From the human T2T-CHM13v2.0 reference genome, Homo sapiens: a DNA stretch of 64,000 nucleotides. The notes beneath the pieces are model-generated. The model did no database searches. It saw only the letters and a program-made list of their open reading frames with translations, and had not been told where the DNA came from. Location of the stretch: the NCBI RefSeq assembly GCF_009914755.1, contig NC_060947.1; one strand, 5' to 3'. Below are positions 14,750-30,502 of this stretch, one piece after another; position 1 is the stretch's first letter; the number at the start of each line of letters is the position of its first letter. The translations under genes were made by a program, and so were the position numbers.

Positions 14750-15176
14750 TGTGTCCGGAGTTGGTTCCTTCCGGTGGGTTCGTGGTCTTGCTGACTTCAA
14801 GAATGAAGCTGTGGACCTTCTCACTGAGTGTTACAGCTCTTAAAGGTGGCATGGACCCAAACAGTGAGCAGCAGCAAGATTTACTGTGAAGAGCAAAAGA
14901 ACAAAGCTTCCACATCATGGAAGGGGACCTGAGCAGGTTGCCACTGCTGGCTGGGGTGGCCAGCTTTTATTCCCTTGTACCCGCCCATGTCTTGCTGATT
15001 GGTCCATTTTACAGAGTGCTGATTGGTCCATTTTGCAAACCTCTAGCTAGCTACAGAGTGCTGATTGGTGCGTTTTTACAGAGCACTGATTGGTGCATTT
15101 TACAAACCTCTTGTAAGACAGAAAAGTTCTCCAAGTCCCCAGTCGACCCAGGAAGTCCAGCTGGCTTCACCTCTCA
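14750..15176 (-). mobile_element. Solo LTR12F-like (HERV9) LTR
   Basis: Minus strand TGAGAGGTGAAGCCAGCTGG...TCCGGACACA; perfect 4-bp TSD CCTT (14746-14749 / 15177-15180); four CCAAT repeats. Confidence 0.92.
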
Positions 15177-15817
15177 CCTTCACATCTTCTTTGGGACAAA
15201 ACTGAAGCTTCTTATGCCATTGATTGCAAGGCCTTCTGTCATTTGGCCCTAGCTTTCCTCTCTCCCAGCCTTGAATTCTGTACTCCTGCAACAATGAACT
15301 ACTTGTTCCCAAGTGCTTGCTGTGCTACTTCTCACCTCCCTGCTGTCTCTCTGAAATGCCCTCCACACCCCACTTTTCCATTAAAAATTTTCCGGGCCTC
15401 ACCTCATCCAGGAGACCAATTGTCCTCCTCGCTTTTCACCTCCTCTGCTATTTCACCTGGCTTAGGTTATTCTCTTCTGTGCCATCATAATACCATTCAT
15501 TCATTTATTTAACAAATATTTACTGAGTGCCTATTAATAGTGAACAAGACAGAGTCCCCGCTTTCACGGAGTTGACATTTTCTTGCATTCTCTTGTGGTT
15601 AAGTTCACATCTGTTATTGTACTTAACTACACTATGTTAAATTATACTCACCTGTTTACTTGTCCATATCTCATACTAGATCATGAGATATAACAGGACA
15701 GGAATCATGTCTAATTCACCTCTTTGTCCTCAAAATCTAGCCCAAAACTTGGTACATAGTAGGCACAGTATTTGTTCAGTTAATTAGACTCAGAAGTGTC
15801 ATTCTAGAAGACTAGCA

Positions 15818-16865
<1,048 letters not shown>

Positions 16866-17304
16866 ACTAGGTAGAAGGGATATTGGAGGTTTGATCTCTG
16901 GGGAACAGGGGAAGATAGACAGGTAAAGAGATACATTTAACTACAATGTGGAAAACACTTTAAAGAGGTATGGCCAAAGGCTGTGAGAGCCCAAGGATGG
17001 AGCATTTTTATCTAATGTGTTGAGGTGAAGATGGTAGGCCATGAAGCCATTCACTCTGTATGTTGGCACTCTTCTCTGGGAAAGGGGAAGCCTGCTTCTC
17101 TGCTGACAAGGGAGAAACCATGCTCTAGATATTTAGTGTATGCTTTCACTGAGTCCTTCATATTAGCCCTGCAAGATATATATTATTAGCACCATTTTAC
17201 AAACAAGGAAGCAGAGACTCAGAGGTGAAATGACTCACCCAAGGCCGCACAGCTAGTAAGTGGCAGGGCTGGGACTTGAACTCAATCTGATTCTAGAGAA
17301 TGCA

Positions 17305-17830
17305 TTCAATTAGAATCAGCTGAATATAGGCTGCATGTAACAGAAGAATCCAAAACAAGCGTGGCTTAAATAAAATAGAGGCTTATTTCTCTCTCATATA
17401 AAATAGTCTAAAGGTGGGAGGTCCAGAGCTGGTATGGTGGTTTTCTGGTCATTTGGGACCTAAGAAGATCCAAATTCCTGGTCCCACCATCTTCATTATT
17501 AGTTTCCTTTCTGATGGTCCAAGATGGCTGTGAGAGGCCAATTCATTATACCTACCTGCCAGGCAGCAGTTAGAAGTAGGGGAAGACAAAAGGGCAGTTT
17601 TTTTCCGGCCAAGTTAGCTCCCCTTAAGCTATTTCTTAGAAGTTAAACACAGCACTTCTACTTACATGTCATTGCTAGGGAGCTTAGTCGCATGGACATG
17701 TCTAGCTGTGGGGGAGGGAGGAAAGGGGGCTGAGAAATGTACTCTTTTAGCTCCATGCATTGCTATCCCAAATAAACTTGGAGTATTGCTATTAAAGAAG
17801 GGAGACTTGATATTGAGTACAGCAAGCACT
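17305..17830 (-). mobile_element. Old MLT1 (J/K/L-like) LTR
   Basis: gtggcttaaataaaatagaggcttatttctctctcat, caagatggctg, catgtctagctg motifs. Confidence 0.55.
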
Positions 17831-18212
17831 CTGTTATAATTGTGTGAATAAATTTAAAGATAATTTACATACAGTAAGTACTCATTTTTAAATGTACAGG
17901 CTAATGAGTTTTGATAACTGTTAACAGTCATGTAAGATGTTGAATATTTTCACCACCATATCCATGATATTGAATATTTTTGTTTTTAAAAGGTCTTTTG
18001 TGTCCCTTTGTAATCAATCTCTTCCAATCCCTGGCCTCAGGTATTTAGTTATCTGCTTTCTGTCACTTTAGATCAGTTCTTCCTGTTTTAGAATTTCATG
18101 TGGTCTTTTATGTCTGATTTATTTCACTCTGCATGTTCTTGCGGCCAATCCTTGTTGTGTGTATCAGTAGTCTATTCTTTTTTATTGCCGAGTAGCGTCT
18201 CGTTATATGAAT

Positions 18213-18618
18213 CTGTTAATGGATGTTTCATCTGTGTTCTAAAATTCATCCCACATTCTCAGCAAACCCACACTTCCCATGAGCTGCTCCCTGCAGTGAC
18301 TAAGTTGGATAGGCATACTGACAGGCCCATTCCTGGGATAACGGGGCTACTCTGATGGGTGATTTTGGTTTTAAGGATTCTTCAACAGCCTTGCTGCACT
18401 TTTGTTTCAGAACCGCACTGCAATCTGAGATGCTTCCATCCAACTTTTCTTCTTCCCTCTCTTCTTCACTCGGGATCAGACCTACATGATGGTCTGATGG
18501 CTCTCCCAATCTCCCTTAGCTTCCCACTCATCTTCTCTCACAAGATTTTCCTTAATACATTTCTTGCATATTAAAGCCACTCTTGACGTCTACTTTTCAG
18601 AAGACACAGACTAACACG
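18213..18618 (+). mobile_element. LTR16-like ERVL LTR
   Basis: 3' end tcttgacgtctacttttcagaagacacagactaacac resembles LTR16 termini. Confidence 0.5.
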
Positions 18619-18632
18619 GATTATTTCCAGTG

Positions 18633-19535
<903 letters not shown>

Positions 19536-20009
19536 GTCTGGCCATTATGAATAATGCAGCTATGAACATTCTTGTTCAAGACTTTTTGTGGGCTGTGCTT
19601 TCATTTCTCTTGGGTAGATACCTAGGAAGGGAACTGCTGAGTCACATGGTAAGTGTATATTTAACTTTGTAAAAATTTGCCAAATAGTCTTCCCAAGTAG
19701 TTATACCCATTTACACTCCTACTAGCAGTGTTTGAGAGATCCATTGCTCTACATCCTCACCAATACTTGATATTTATAATTTTATAAACTTAGGCTGGGT
19801 ATGGTGGCTTATGCCTATAGTCCTAGCACTTTGGGAGGCTGAGGCAGGAGGATCACTTGAGACCAGGAGTTCAAGGCCGGCCTGGCAACATAGTGAAGAA
19901 TAATAGGCTTGTGTATGAATGACTGTTAAGTAAATGGAGATATAAATGAACAAGCATATAATTAAGACTCTCAAAGTAAAAATAAATGCAATTATGTATT
20001 CAGATTGTT

Positions 20010-20734
20010 CTTTGTTTTTTTGTTTTGACAAGGTCTTGCTCTGTCACCCAGGCTGGAGTATAGCAGCGTGATCTTGGCTCACTTCAGCCTTGACCTCCCA
20101 GGCTGGAGCCATCCTCCCACCTCAGCTTCCCAAGTAGTTGGGACAACTGTCATGCACCACTATGCCTGGCTATTTTTTAAGCTGGAAACCATCATTCTCA
20201 GCAAACTATCGCAAGGACAAAAAAACCAAACACCACATGTTCTCACTCATAGGTGGGAATTGAACAATGAGAACACATGGACACAGGAAGGGGAACATCA
20301 CACACCGGGGCCTGTTGTGGGGTGGGGGGAGTGGGGAGGGATAGCATTAGGAGATATACCTAATGTAAATGACGAGTTAATGGGTGCAGCACACCAACAT
20401 GGCACATGTATACATATGTAACAAACCTGCAAGTTGTGCACATGTACCCTAAAACTTAAAGTATAATAAAAAAGAAGAAGAAGAAGAAAACCCTGAATCA
20501 AGATATCCCAAGGAATATCCCAATTAGATCTGACCTAAATATATGTCCTAATTCTATGGAAAACTCAACTACTAGCATATTAAAGAAAGATACAAACAAA
20601 AAAAATTTTTTTTTGTAGAGACAAAGTCTTACTTATGTTGCTCAGGCTGGTCTTGAACTCCTGGGCTCAAGCAATCCTCTTGCCTCAGCCTCCCAAAGTG
20701 CTGGGATTACAGGTGTGAGCCACTGCACCCGGCC
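20010..20734 (-). mobile_element. AluJ split at its A-rich linker by an L1 insertion
   Basis: Right arm 20010-20178, left arm 20606-20734. Confidence 0.88.
20179..20605 (+). mobile_element. 5'-truncated L1PA4-like 3' end carrying a ~107-bp 3' transduction
   Basis: L1 3'UTR to AATAAA 20465, A/GAA tail to 20490, unique 20491-20597 with ATTAAA 20579, second A tract 20598-20605. Confidence 0.85.
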
Positions 20735-20764
20735 AGCTTGTTCTTAATAAACATTTGTCAAATT

Positions 20765-21170
20765 GGGTAAAAATGCAGCTGCCTTAGAAAACAGTTTGGT
20801 AGTTCCTCAAAAACTTAAACATAGAATTACCATGTAACCCAGCAATTCCACTCCTAGGTATGACCAAAAGTATTGAAAACAGGTACTCAAACAAATACTC
20901 ATATACAAATGTTCACAGCTACTCAAAAGTACTGGTTCACACTACTCAAAAGGGGGAAACAACTCATCAACAGATGAATGGATAAACAAATTGTGCTATA
21001 TACATGCAAATGGAATGGTACTTAGCCATAAAAAGGAATAGAGTACTGATACATGCTACCATGGGGATGAACCTCAAAACATTATGTGTAGTGAAAGAAG
21101 CCAGAAACAAAAGATAATATATTGTAATATTCCATTTATATGAAATATCGAGAATAGGTAATTCTAAAGC
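20765..21170 (+). mobile_element. L1MB 3' fragment
   Basis: cccagcaattccactcctagg, gaacctcaaaacattatg motifs. Confidence 0.75.
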
Positions 21171-21660
21171 TGTCTAAGAAGTGAAGAGCTAGTAATGTTT
21201 TATAGGAAATAGGTCCCTAATAGGACCAGAATCTGGAGACCTGCACTGCTCTGCCATGTCCCATTTTTTTGAAGCTTCCATCTGGATCCATGCAGAAATG
21301 CTGGAAAAATAAGCAACAAGTGGCCTGCAGATGAGGTGACAGCAAAATAACAACAACAAAATCCATAGTGTTTGATCTGTATTTGTTAATTTAGTATATT
21401 TAGGGAAGGTAGTTGGGGATTAAATGGAACTAATATTTATTCAGTGTCAACTATGTGTCAGGTACTGGGCTAAGCATTATACATTTATAATATCTTTAAT
21501 TTATACAATATTTATAAACCTTTAGTTACATGTAACAGAAGCTCAACTAGCTTAAGAAAAAAAAAAAGTACTCATTTAACTAGGAAGTCCGAAGGGCTGG
21601 GTTAGCGTCAGGCACAACTGGATTCATGTGCTCAAACAATGTCATTGAGATTTGTGTGTT

Positions 21661-22019
<359 letters not shown>

Positions 22020-22780
22020 TCATGGTGTTGCAAATATAGCCGCCAGCTACTCATAATGTACATGGTCCTTAGAACTCAAATTATACTAACTGAAGCACAG
22101 GACCTTCTCTCTCACAGCAACAATCCTCTTCAAAGGTCTCTGATGAATCCTGCCTGGGAAATGTGTACTCGCTTGGCTCACTATATCCAAGGGAATTGGA
22201 GTAATCAGATTGCTCGTTTTGGGTCGAGTGCCCCTCTCTGTGGTAGTGGAGATGAACTCCTACCGATTGATCACTGGTAGGAATCACATAGCGGAGGAGG
22301 GGCAGGTCCCAAAAGGAAGAGATGTGAGGCATAATTTCATTGTCAAGTGGGCATATCATCCCCATTTCACAGAGAAAGAAACTGAGGTAAAATGCCGTTC
22401 TCTACATTACAGACCTAGAAGATTAGAGATCTTTGGGTTGGAAGAAGCAGCATGAAAAGTGGACAAAGGTTTGGATTGTGGATCAGACAGACTGGGTTTC
22501 ACCTGGCCTTGACCATTGACTATATACATATACAATTATAAGAGAGTCAATTCCACTTAGTCTCATATTCCCCATATGTGAAATGGGAATAATGTCCCTA
22601 ATTCTCAATTCATTGTGAGGATTAAGCGAAATATGTATGTGAAAGCACTTTGTAATAAAGTACTATATAAATTTAGGATGTATTATTTTCTCTAGTATAT
22701 TTGACAATGGGAACAGATATTTTACTTTATGTGAATTATCAGTTTCATTTTCATACATATTCACATACAGTTAAATTGAC

Positions 22781-23073
22781 TTTTTCTTTTTTTGAGACAG
22801 ATTCTCACTCTGCCACCCAGGCTGGAGTGCCATCTTGGCTCATTGCAACCTTCGCCTCCTAGGTTCAAGCGATTTTCCTGTCTTACCCTCCCGAGTAGCT
22901 GGGATTACAGGTGTGCACCACCATGCCCGGCTATTTTTTATTTTTTTATTTTTAGTAGAGACAGGGTTTCGCCAGGTTGGCCAGGCTGGTTTCAAACTCC
23001 TGTCCTCAAGTGATCTGCCTGCTTCGGCCTCCCAGAGTACTGGGATTACAGGCATGAGCCACCATGCCAGGCC
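22781..23073 (-). mobile_element. AluS
   Basis: Dimer; TSD aaattgactttt on both sides. Confidence 0.92.
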
Positions 23074-23350
23074 TAAAATTGACTTTTGACAGGACGTACA
23101 GTTCTATGGGTTTTAACATAGAAATAAATTTGTTTAATCAGGATACGAAACACTTCTATTCACCAAAAAAAATCTCTGTAGTGCTATCCATTTATAGTCT
23201 CATCCTCTCCCTACCCACTAAACACCGGCAACTGCTGGTTCTGAACCACTATGGTTTGTCTCTTAGAGAATACTATAGAAAGGGAATTATGTAGTATGTA
23301 ACCTTTTGAGACTGACTTCTACCACTTAGTATTTAAGATTCATCCATGTT

Positions 23351-23660
23351 ATTGGATGCAGCAAGAGGCCATTGTCCTAAGTGAATTAATGCAGAAACAG
23401 AAAAACAAATATGGCATGTTTTCACTTATAAGTGGGAACTAAATATTGCATACACATCGATGTAAAGATGGCAACAAAAGACACTGGGGACTATTAGAGA
23501 GGAGAGGTAGGGAGTGGGGTAAGCATTGAAAAAATAACTATTGAGTACTATGTTCACTCTTTGGCTGATGGGTCCAGTTGAAGCCCAAACTTCAGCATCA
23601 CGCAATATATCTATGTAACAAACCTGCACATGTATCCCAATTCTAAAAATTTTTAAGAAC
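23351..23660 (+). mobile_element. Old L1PA15/16- or L1PB-like 3' fragment
   Basis: acaaacctgcacatgtatccc end; TSD tcatccatgtt on both sides. Confidence 0.75.
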
Positions 23661-26067
23661 GAGTCATCCATGTTTTTGTGTGAATGTATAGCTCATTCCT
23701 TTTTATTGGTGATTACCATCCCATTGTATGGATCTACCATTTTTGTTTATCCACTCACCAGTTAAAGGACATTTGTGTTGTTTCCTTTTCTGTGCTATTA
23801 CGAATAGAATTGCTATGAATATTCCTGTTGAGTCTTGCGTGAATATATTTTCCCTAGGCTAATTACCAAGGAGTGGGATTGCTGAGTCATGTTGTAAATG
23901 TGCAACTTACTTTCTAAGAAATTGCCAAGCTGTTTTCCAAAATGGCCATATAATTTCATGTTCTGACCAGCAATGTGGGAGAATTCTAGTTGCTTTGCAT
24001 CCTCAGCAGCATTCTGTATTGTCAGTATTTTAAAATTTCAGCTATTCTAATAAGTGTGTAGTGGCATCTCATAGTTACTTTGATTTACATTTCACTAATG
24101 GCTAGTGATGTTTAACATCTTTTCATGTGCTCATTTGCCATCCATATATCTTCTTCTGTGAAACATCTTTTCATGTCTAGCCCATTTCCTAATTGGATTG
24201 CTTGTACTTTTTCTGTTCAGTTTTGACAGTTCTTTATATGTTCTTCACGAAAGTCAATTGTCTGATGTGTAATTTACAAATATTATCTCCCAGTCTCTAG
24301 CTTGTCTTTTTACCCTTTCAACAATATCTCTTGCAGGGTAAAGATTTTTAGTTTTGATGAAGTCCAAATCATCATTTTTTATCAATCATGCTTTTTGTGT
24401 AATGTCTAAGAACTATTTGCATAACCACAGGTCATGAATATTTTATTTTTTCTGGTAAAAGTTGTATAGTTTTGTGTTTTATATTTAGATCAGTGGTTGT
24501 TAACCAGGTGCAATTTTGCCTGGGTCAGGAAGGATTTAGATGTATGGTACACTTTGAATTAATTTTGTGTAAGGTGTCAGTTTTAGGTCAAGTTTCATTC
24601 TTTTGTATGTGAAGGTCCAGTTGTTCCAATATATTTGTTGAAAGGACTGCCCTTTCTCTGTAGAATTTGTCTTTATAACTTTATCAAAAATTAATTGGCC
24701 ATATATGTTGTTATGTTATCTACTTCTAGACTCAAATTGGTTCCATTGATTTCTATGTCTATACTTTTGCTAATACAACCTAATCTTCTTGATTGTAACC
24801 CTGAAATTGGGAAGCATGACCATGACCAGGTGTGATTTATCCCAAGAGTGCAAAGTTGGTTCAACATCCAAAAATCAATATAATACACCATTTTAATAGA
24901 ATAAAAGTCAAAAAGCACATGATCGTCTAAATAGATACAGAAGGAGGATTTAAAAGTATGCAACATTCCTTCACCCAACAAATGGAAGGAATGTCCTCAA
25001 CCGATAAAGGGCATCTACAAAAAATCAACAACCAACATCTTACTAAATGACAAAAGATAGAATGCTTTCCCCCTGTGATCAGGAACCAGACAAGGACGTC
25101 TGCCATTGCCATTTGTATTCAATGTTGTGCTGGAGGTCCTATCCAGGACAATTGGGCAAGAAAAAGAAAAAAAAAGGGATCCAAATTGGAAAGGAAGTAA
25201 ACAATAAACTATCAACAAAAATCTATTGTATTAATAAAAATCTGTCCCTGCTAAGAAACGAGTTCAGATTGATGGTGGTGTTTAGTTCCTTTATATCTTT
25301 GATGATTTTCCACTGACTAGTGTTATCTTTTACTGAGAAGAGTGTTGATGGCACCAACTATAATTATAGTGCCTTCTATTTTTCACTTCAGATCTGTGCA
25401 TTTTTGTTTCATGTATTTTGAAACCATGATTTTAGGTGCATATACATTTAAGATTGTTATGACTTCTTGGTGAGTGGACCCTTTTTTCATTACGAAATGT
25501 CTCTCTTTTTTCTTTGTAATGTTCTTTGCTCTGAAGTGTACCTTGTCTAATATTAATATAACTACTCCAGCTTTATTTCGATTAGTATTATATGGTATAT
25601 CTATTTACTTTTAAAATTCCTATATCATTATATTCAAACTGAGTTTCTTTTAGCAAGCATTTAGTTGGGTCACATTATTATTTTTATCTATTCTGATGCT
25701 CTCCATCTTTTAATTGGTGTGTTTAGTATATTTACATCTGATGTAATTATTGACTTCTTTGGGTATAGGACTAGTATTTATTTCTTTTCTTCCTCTATTT
25801 TTCATGACTATGTTTTTCCTTTCTGCCTTCTTTTGAACATTTTTAGCATTCCATATTAATTTTACCATATCTATTTGCATTTTTAGCAATTGCTTGAGTG
25901 ATTACAATATACAAACCTAACTTTTAACAGTGTATTTTTCAATAATATTTTACCACTTTAAGTGAAATCTAGAAACTTCATAATCTCATAGATTCCTTTC
26001 CCTTCTCTCATTTATGTTGTAGTTGCCTTATTAATTACAGGTACATAAACTGAAAACTCCATCATCA

Positions 26068-26235
26068 GGCTGGGCATAGTGGCTCATGCCTGTAATCACA
26101 GTGCTTTGGGAGGCCAAGGTGGGAGGATCACTTGAGCCTGGGGAGGTCGAGGCTACCATAAGCTGTGATCATACCACTGCACTCCAGCCTGGGCAACGGT
26201 GTGAGACCCTGTCTCAAAACAAACAAGCAAACAAA
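26068..26235 (+). mobile_element. Alu monomer (FRAM-like)
   Basis: Single arm with (AAAC) tail; TSD aaactccatcatca / aacctccaccatca. Confidence 0.8.
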
Positions 26236-26607
26236 CCTCCACCATCAGATAATGGTATAATTTTCTTTTCAAGTATGGAACATATTTTAAAGAACTCAAT
26301 ACAAGAATGATCTATTATTTTTACCCAGCTATTTGCCACTTCTGTTGCTCTACCTTCATTTTTGGTGGTCCAAGTTTCTTTCTAGTATAATTTCACTTCT
26401 CTGTGAAAATTTTCCGTAGTAATTATTTTACAACGTATCTGCTGGCAGTGAATTCTTAGGGATTTTTTAATCCAACAATGTTTTTATTGCAATTTTACTC
26501 CTGAAGAATATTTCAATCAGATATAGAATTCTAGGACAATAGATATTTACTGTTGTTCCACTTCCTTCTTGCCTTCCTAGTTTCTGATAAGAAATTCAGT
26601 CATTCTA

Positions 26608-26895
26608 CCATTCTCAGCAAACTATCACAAGGACAAAAAACCAAACACCGCATGTTCTCACTCATAGGTGGGAATTGAACAATGAGAACACATGGACACA
26701 GGAAGGGGAACATCACACACAGGGGCCTGTTGTGGGGTGGGGGGAGGGGGGAAGGATAGCATTAGGAGATATACCTAATGTTAAATGACGAGTTAATGGG
26801 TGCAGCACACCAACATGGCACATGCATACATATGTAACAAACCTGCACGTTGTCCACATGTAACCTAAAACTTAAAGTATAATAAAAAAAAAAAA
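26608..26895 (+). mobile_element. 5'-truncated L1PA3-like 3' end
   Basis: Perfect TSD aagaaattcagtcattcta (26589-26607 / 26894-26912), poly(A). Confidence 0.93.
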
Positions 26896-27046
26896 GAAAT
26901 TCAGTCATTCTAATCATTATACCCCTCTAAGTAATGCATTGATTTTGTCTGGTTACTTTTAAGATTTTTTTCTTTGTTTTAGTGTTCACCAGTTTGATTA
27001 TTATGTGTCTGGGTATGTATTTCTTTTTTAAAATTTTTATTTCTTA

Positions 27047-27343
27047 ACTTTTTTTTTGAGACAGGGTCTCACTCTGTTGCCCAGGCTGGAGTGCAGTGGT
27101 TTGAACATGGCTCACTGCAACCTCCACCTCCTGGGCTCAAGTGATCCTCTCACCTCAGCTTACCAAGTAGCTGGGATTACAGGCATGTGCCACCATGCCT
27201 GGCTAATTTTTGTAGTTTTTGTAGAGATGGGGTTTCACCATGTTACCCAGGCTTGTCTCGAACTCCTGGGCTTAAGAGATCTTCCCACCTCATCCTCCCA
27301 AAGTGGTGGGATTACAGGTGTGAGCCACTGTGCCCAGCCTGGG
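27047..27343 (-). mobile_element. AluJ
   Basis: Dimer with AluJ-type agggtctcactctg / ctcctgggctcaag. Confidence 0.9.
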
Positions 27344-27589
27344 CATAGATTTCTTTGTGGTTATTCTGCTTGGGGGTTGATGAACCTCTTGAACTTATAG
27401 CTTTATGTCTTTCATCAAATTTGAGAAGTTTTCAGCTATTATTTTTCAAAATTATTTTCTGCATTTCCCTTTTTCTTTTTTCCTCCTCAGATTCTGAGGA
27501 ATGTTAGGCCATTTGGTATTATCCTGCAGTTCCTCAAGGCTCTGTTAATTTTTTTACAATGTTTTCTCTGTGTGGTTTAGATTGTATCA

Positions 27590-27836
27590 GTATTGCTTGT
27601 TTTGCCTTCTGCCTCAGGTTCCAATATGGCTCAGCACAGCACTGTTGCTAATCCTGTCTTTATTTAAATTTTGATACGTTACTAATCATGAAGTTTTTGT
27701 TTTAATTTTGATTTTTAAAAATTATGAAATTAAAATATTTGTCTTGATTACTGAGTGTTTTGGTACTCCTCCACCCCCACTTAAGTTTTGTGCCTGAGGT
27801 GATTGCCTCACCTGTATCTCCCTAGCTTTGGTCCTG
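27590..27836 (-). mobile_element. MER96B-like hAT DNA transposon fragment
   Basis: Minus strand CAGGACCAAAGCTAGGG...GAGGCAATCACCTCAGGCACAAAAC...CTCAGTAATCAAGACAAATATTT. Confidence 0.6.
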
Positions 27837-30502
27837 TCAGATAATTTGTATTGATCTATATGATCTTCAAGCTCACTGATTCTTTCCTCTGTTATCTCCA
27901 TCCTGCTATTGAGCTCATTCAGTAACTTCTAAATTTTGATTATTTTATTTTTCAGTTTTAATAATTTCCACTTGGATTTTCTTGATAGCTTCTATTTCCT
28001 TGCTGAAATTTTGATCTTTCAGTTTGTTTCTAGGTATTAGCACTTACTTATTAAAATGGAATTTTATATGAGCTGCTTTAAATTCTTTGTCAGATGTTTC
28101 CAATATCTGTATCTTCTCAGTGTTGACATCTGTTGATTCTTTTCCCTTGTAAGTTGAGATTTTCCTGGTTCTTCATATAACAAATAATTTTGAAATATAT
28201 TCTGAATATTGTCAATATTATCTCATGAGACCCTGGGTCCTGTTTAAACCCTAAGGAGAATGTTGATAGTTTTGGTTTGAGCCAGCTATTGACTAGTTAA
28301 GTTCTGACCCACCTTCTATGGGTTGCAGTTTCAGTGTCCATTCAGTTTGCAAAGCCTTTGCAATGCTATTCAGATCTGCCCAACTGTGTAGTGGTGTTCT
28401 ATTCTTTCCTTCCTTCTCAAAATCTGTATATGTGATTTTGGATCAGATCCATGCATATGCAGCTTGAAGTGTAAACCCAGCAGTTCATAAGTAGCTTTAA
28501 AGATCACTTTTCTGAATTCCCCCCTCTTCATAATCTTCCTGATACTTTCTGCTTTTCTGGAGCTCTCCTTTTTGATCCTCCAGCCAGAAAGCTGAGACTT
28601 TAGGAACTCTACATTGTCATGTACTTCCTGCAACTGTGCCCATATTTGGGCCAAGTGGCAGAGGACAGAGAGAGGAAAAAATGCAAAGAGGGTTCATCTC
28701 ACCTGATTGGGACCACCACAGCTCTGATGGAGAGGAATATCTCCCTCTCGGTGTTTTGCATTCTATGGGCTACAGTTGCCACCACTGCCACTAGGGATTG
28801 GGGCACAAGGAAATGAAGAAAAGGAAACAAAGGACAAAAAAGAAAAATGGAGGATTTTTGCACTGTCTCTGAACATTAAGAGACCCCTTTTCAGCTCCTT
28901 GCACCAGAACTACAGGGCTTCTCCTGAAATTCTGTCTCCACTAATGCCCACTTCTGGGTTTTTGGCCATATTGAATTCAGACTGGGGGATACTGAATGGA
29001 AGAAAATAGTAAACTCACTGCCAGTGGTTGTCCTACTCGAACTCCAGTCTTCTTTCCTAACCCTCCTGCTACTGTTTACTTTTCAGAATCCTCCATTTGG
29101 CCAGGTTTTACAGCTGTGTTCAGTGGGAGAGACAGTGTAAAATGAGCTTACCCAGAATAGGAATTCCTAATTATTATTGTTATTATTATTATTATTATTT
29201 TTAAAAGGATTGCTACTTAAAATGATTAATATTATTTCAGAAATAAACACAATGATGGTTATCCCAGTGTCATGAGCACAGACTAAAAATTCTTAAATTA
29301 CTGGCAGTACTATCTGGACAACTCCTGAAGACCCCAACTTACTTAGACTCATGCTTACTTTGCCTTGGGAATCTTTGTGACTGTTCTACTCGAAGATGAT
29401 GTTAGAAGTGAAGAGAGTGGATGAGTGACAAATGCAAGGTTTTCATAGGCCTGAGCACTCGAAGAAAGCCTTATGGTGTACTTGGAAATAGCTTTGTGGC
29501 TTTTTTTCCTCTTCTTAAGCCAAGATATCCTCAATTCAAATGAAATATGTATTGTATAGAAGCTCACTATGTCAACTAGATAAAAGAGGCGGAGCAGCTC
29601 TGTATAAGGCGAAGTCTAGCACCTTCCAATGCCTCATTAAGCCCTTGGACTATATGGAGCTCATTAAAAATCCCTGGCATGGAGCCAGGTTTTGGAAACA
29701 TACGTGACTATTTGTGCCATTTTGAGTAAGTCACTTCACCTCTCTGCGCTTCCTCATCTGTAAAATGTATCTAATTATACTTATCCCACATATCTACTGT
29801 GAAGATCAAATGTGCTTTCATGAGTTAAACATCTGGAAAATAACAGGTGCTTACTAAATGATAGTCTTTGCTCTTTTAAAGCCATACATTCTCAAGATAC
29901 ATTGATAACACTACTGCTAGTCAGGCTGATTATAGATATGTCTTTACTCAAACTTCTCTTGGATCTTCAAGACAGAAACTTTCATCTTGTGTTGTTTAAA
30001 GCATTCTAGTCTTAGACAAACCTGAGTTTGAATCCAGACTTTTCTGCCAGTAGCTCTGTGACCATGTAGTTCCTTCTTCCTTGTTCTGAGCCACAGATTT
30101 CATACTGTAAAGTGGATATGATAAAAGTGTTTACTTCAAAGGATTTTGTGAGTTTTAACTAAGCTAATGCACTTAACATGGTGACTGACATATGCTAAAA
30201 ATTGGCATAAAGATGTGGTATTTTCTGGGTGAGATGACAGATAATGTTATGCAACATGATTCTCAGAAGATACAGGGTTGTCTGACTCCTGTGTACTCGC
30301 CTCTCTTCTGGCCATCTCTAGCAATACCTGGGTTGAAAGCTCTGCTAATCCATGAGAACTATTGTGCATATCAGTCAGGCCACTTAATTTCTCTGAGCCT
30401 TCCTTTTGTCCTGCTCAGGTTAGAAAACTCTGCTTGCCTGTCCTAGCCATGACGTACTGGGAGAAAAGGAGGTGTGTGTGATGATGTAAAAATATGTCCA
30501 CA

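Larger units (their letters stand above)
22745..29165 (-). mobile_element. Ancient L1M (MC/MD-like) mosaic with an inverted ORF2 block (~24815-25265, +) and many younger insertions
   Basis: Degenerate 3'UTR/ORF2 at left, endonuclease region ~25270-25750, ORF1/5' region to the right. Confidence 0.65.

Noticed and set aside
17287-17319. Near-perfect 33-bp hairpin ctgattcta...gaatgcattc...tagaatcag
   Set aside because: At a MIR/MLT1 junction, too short for a pre-miRNA, plausibly chance
29250-29690. Unique stretch with a minus-strand 70-aa ORF and gtaag donor-like sites
   Set aside because: No recognisable protein or repeat homology; an exon cannot be supported from sequence alone
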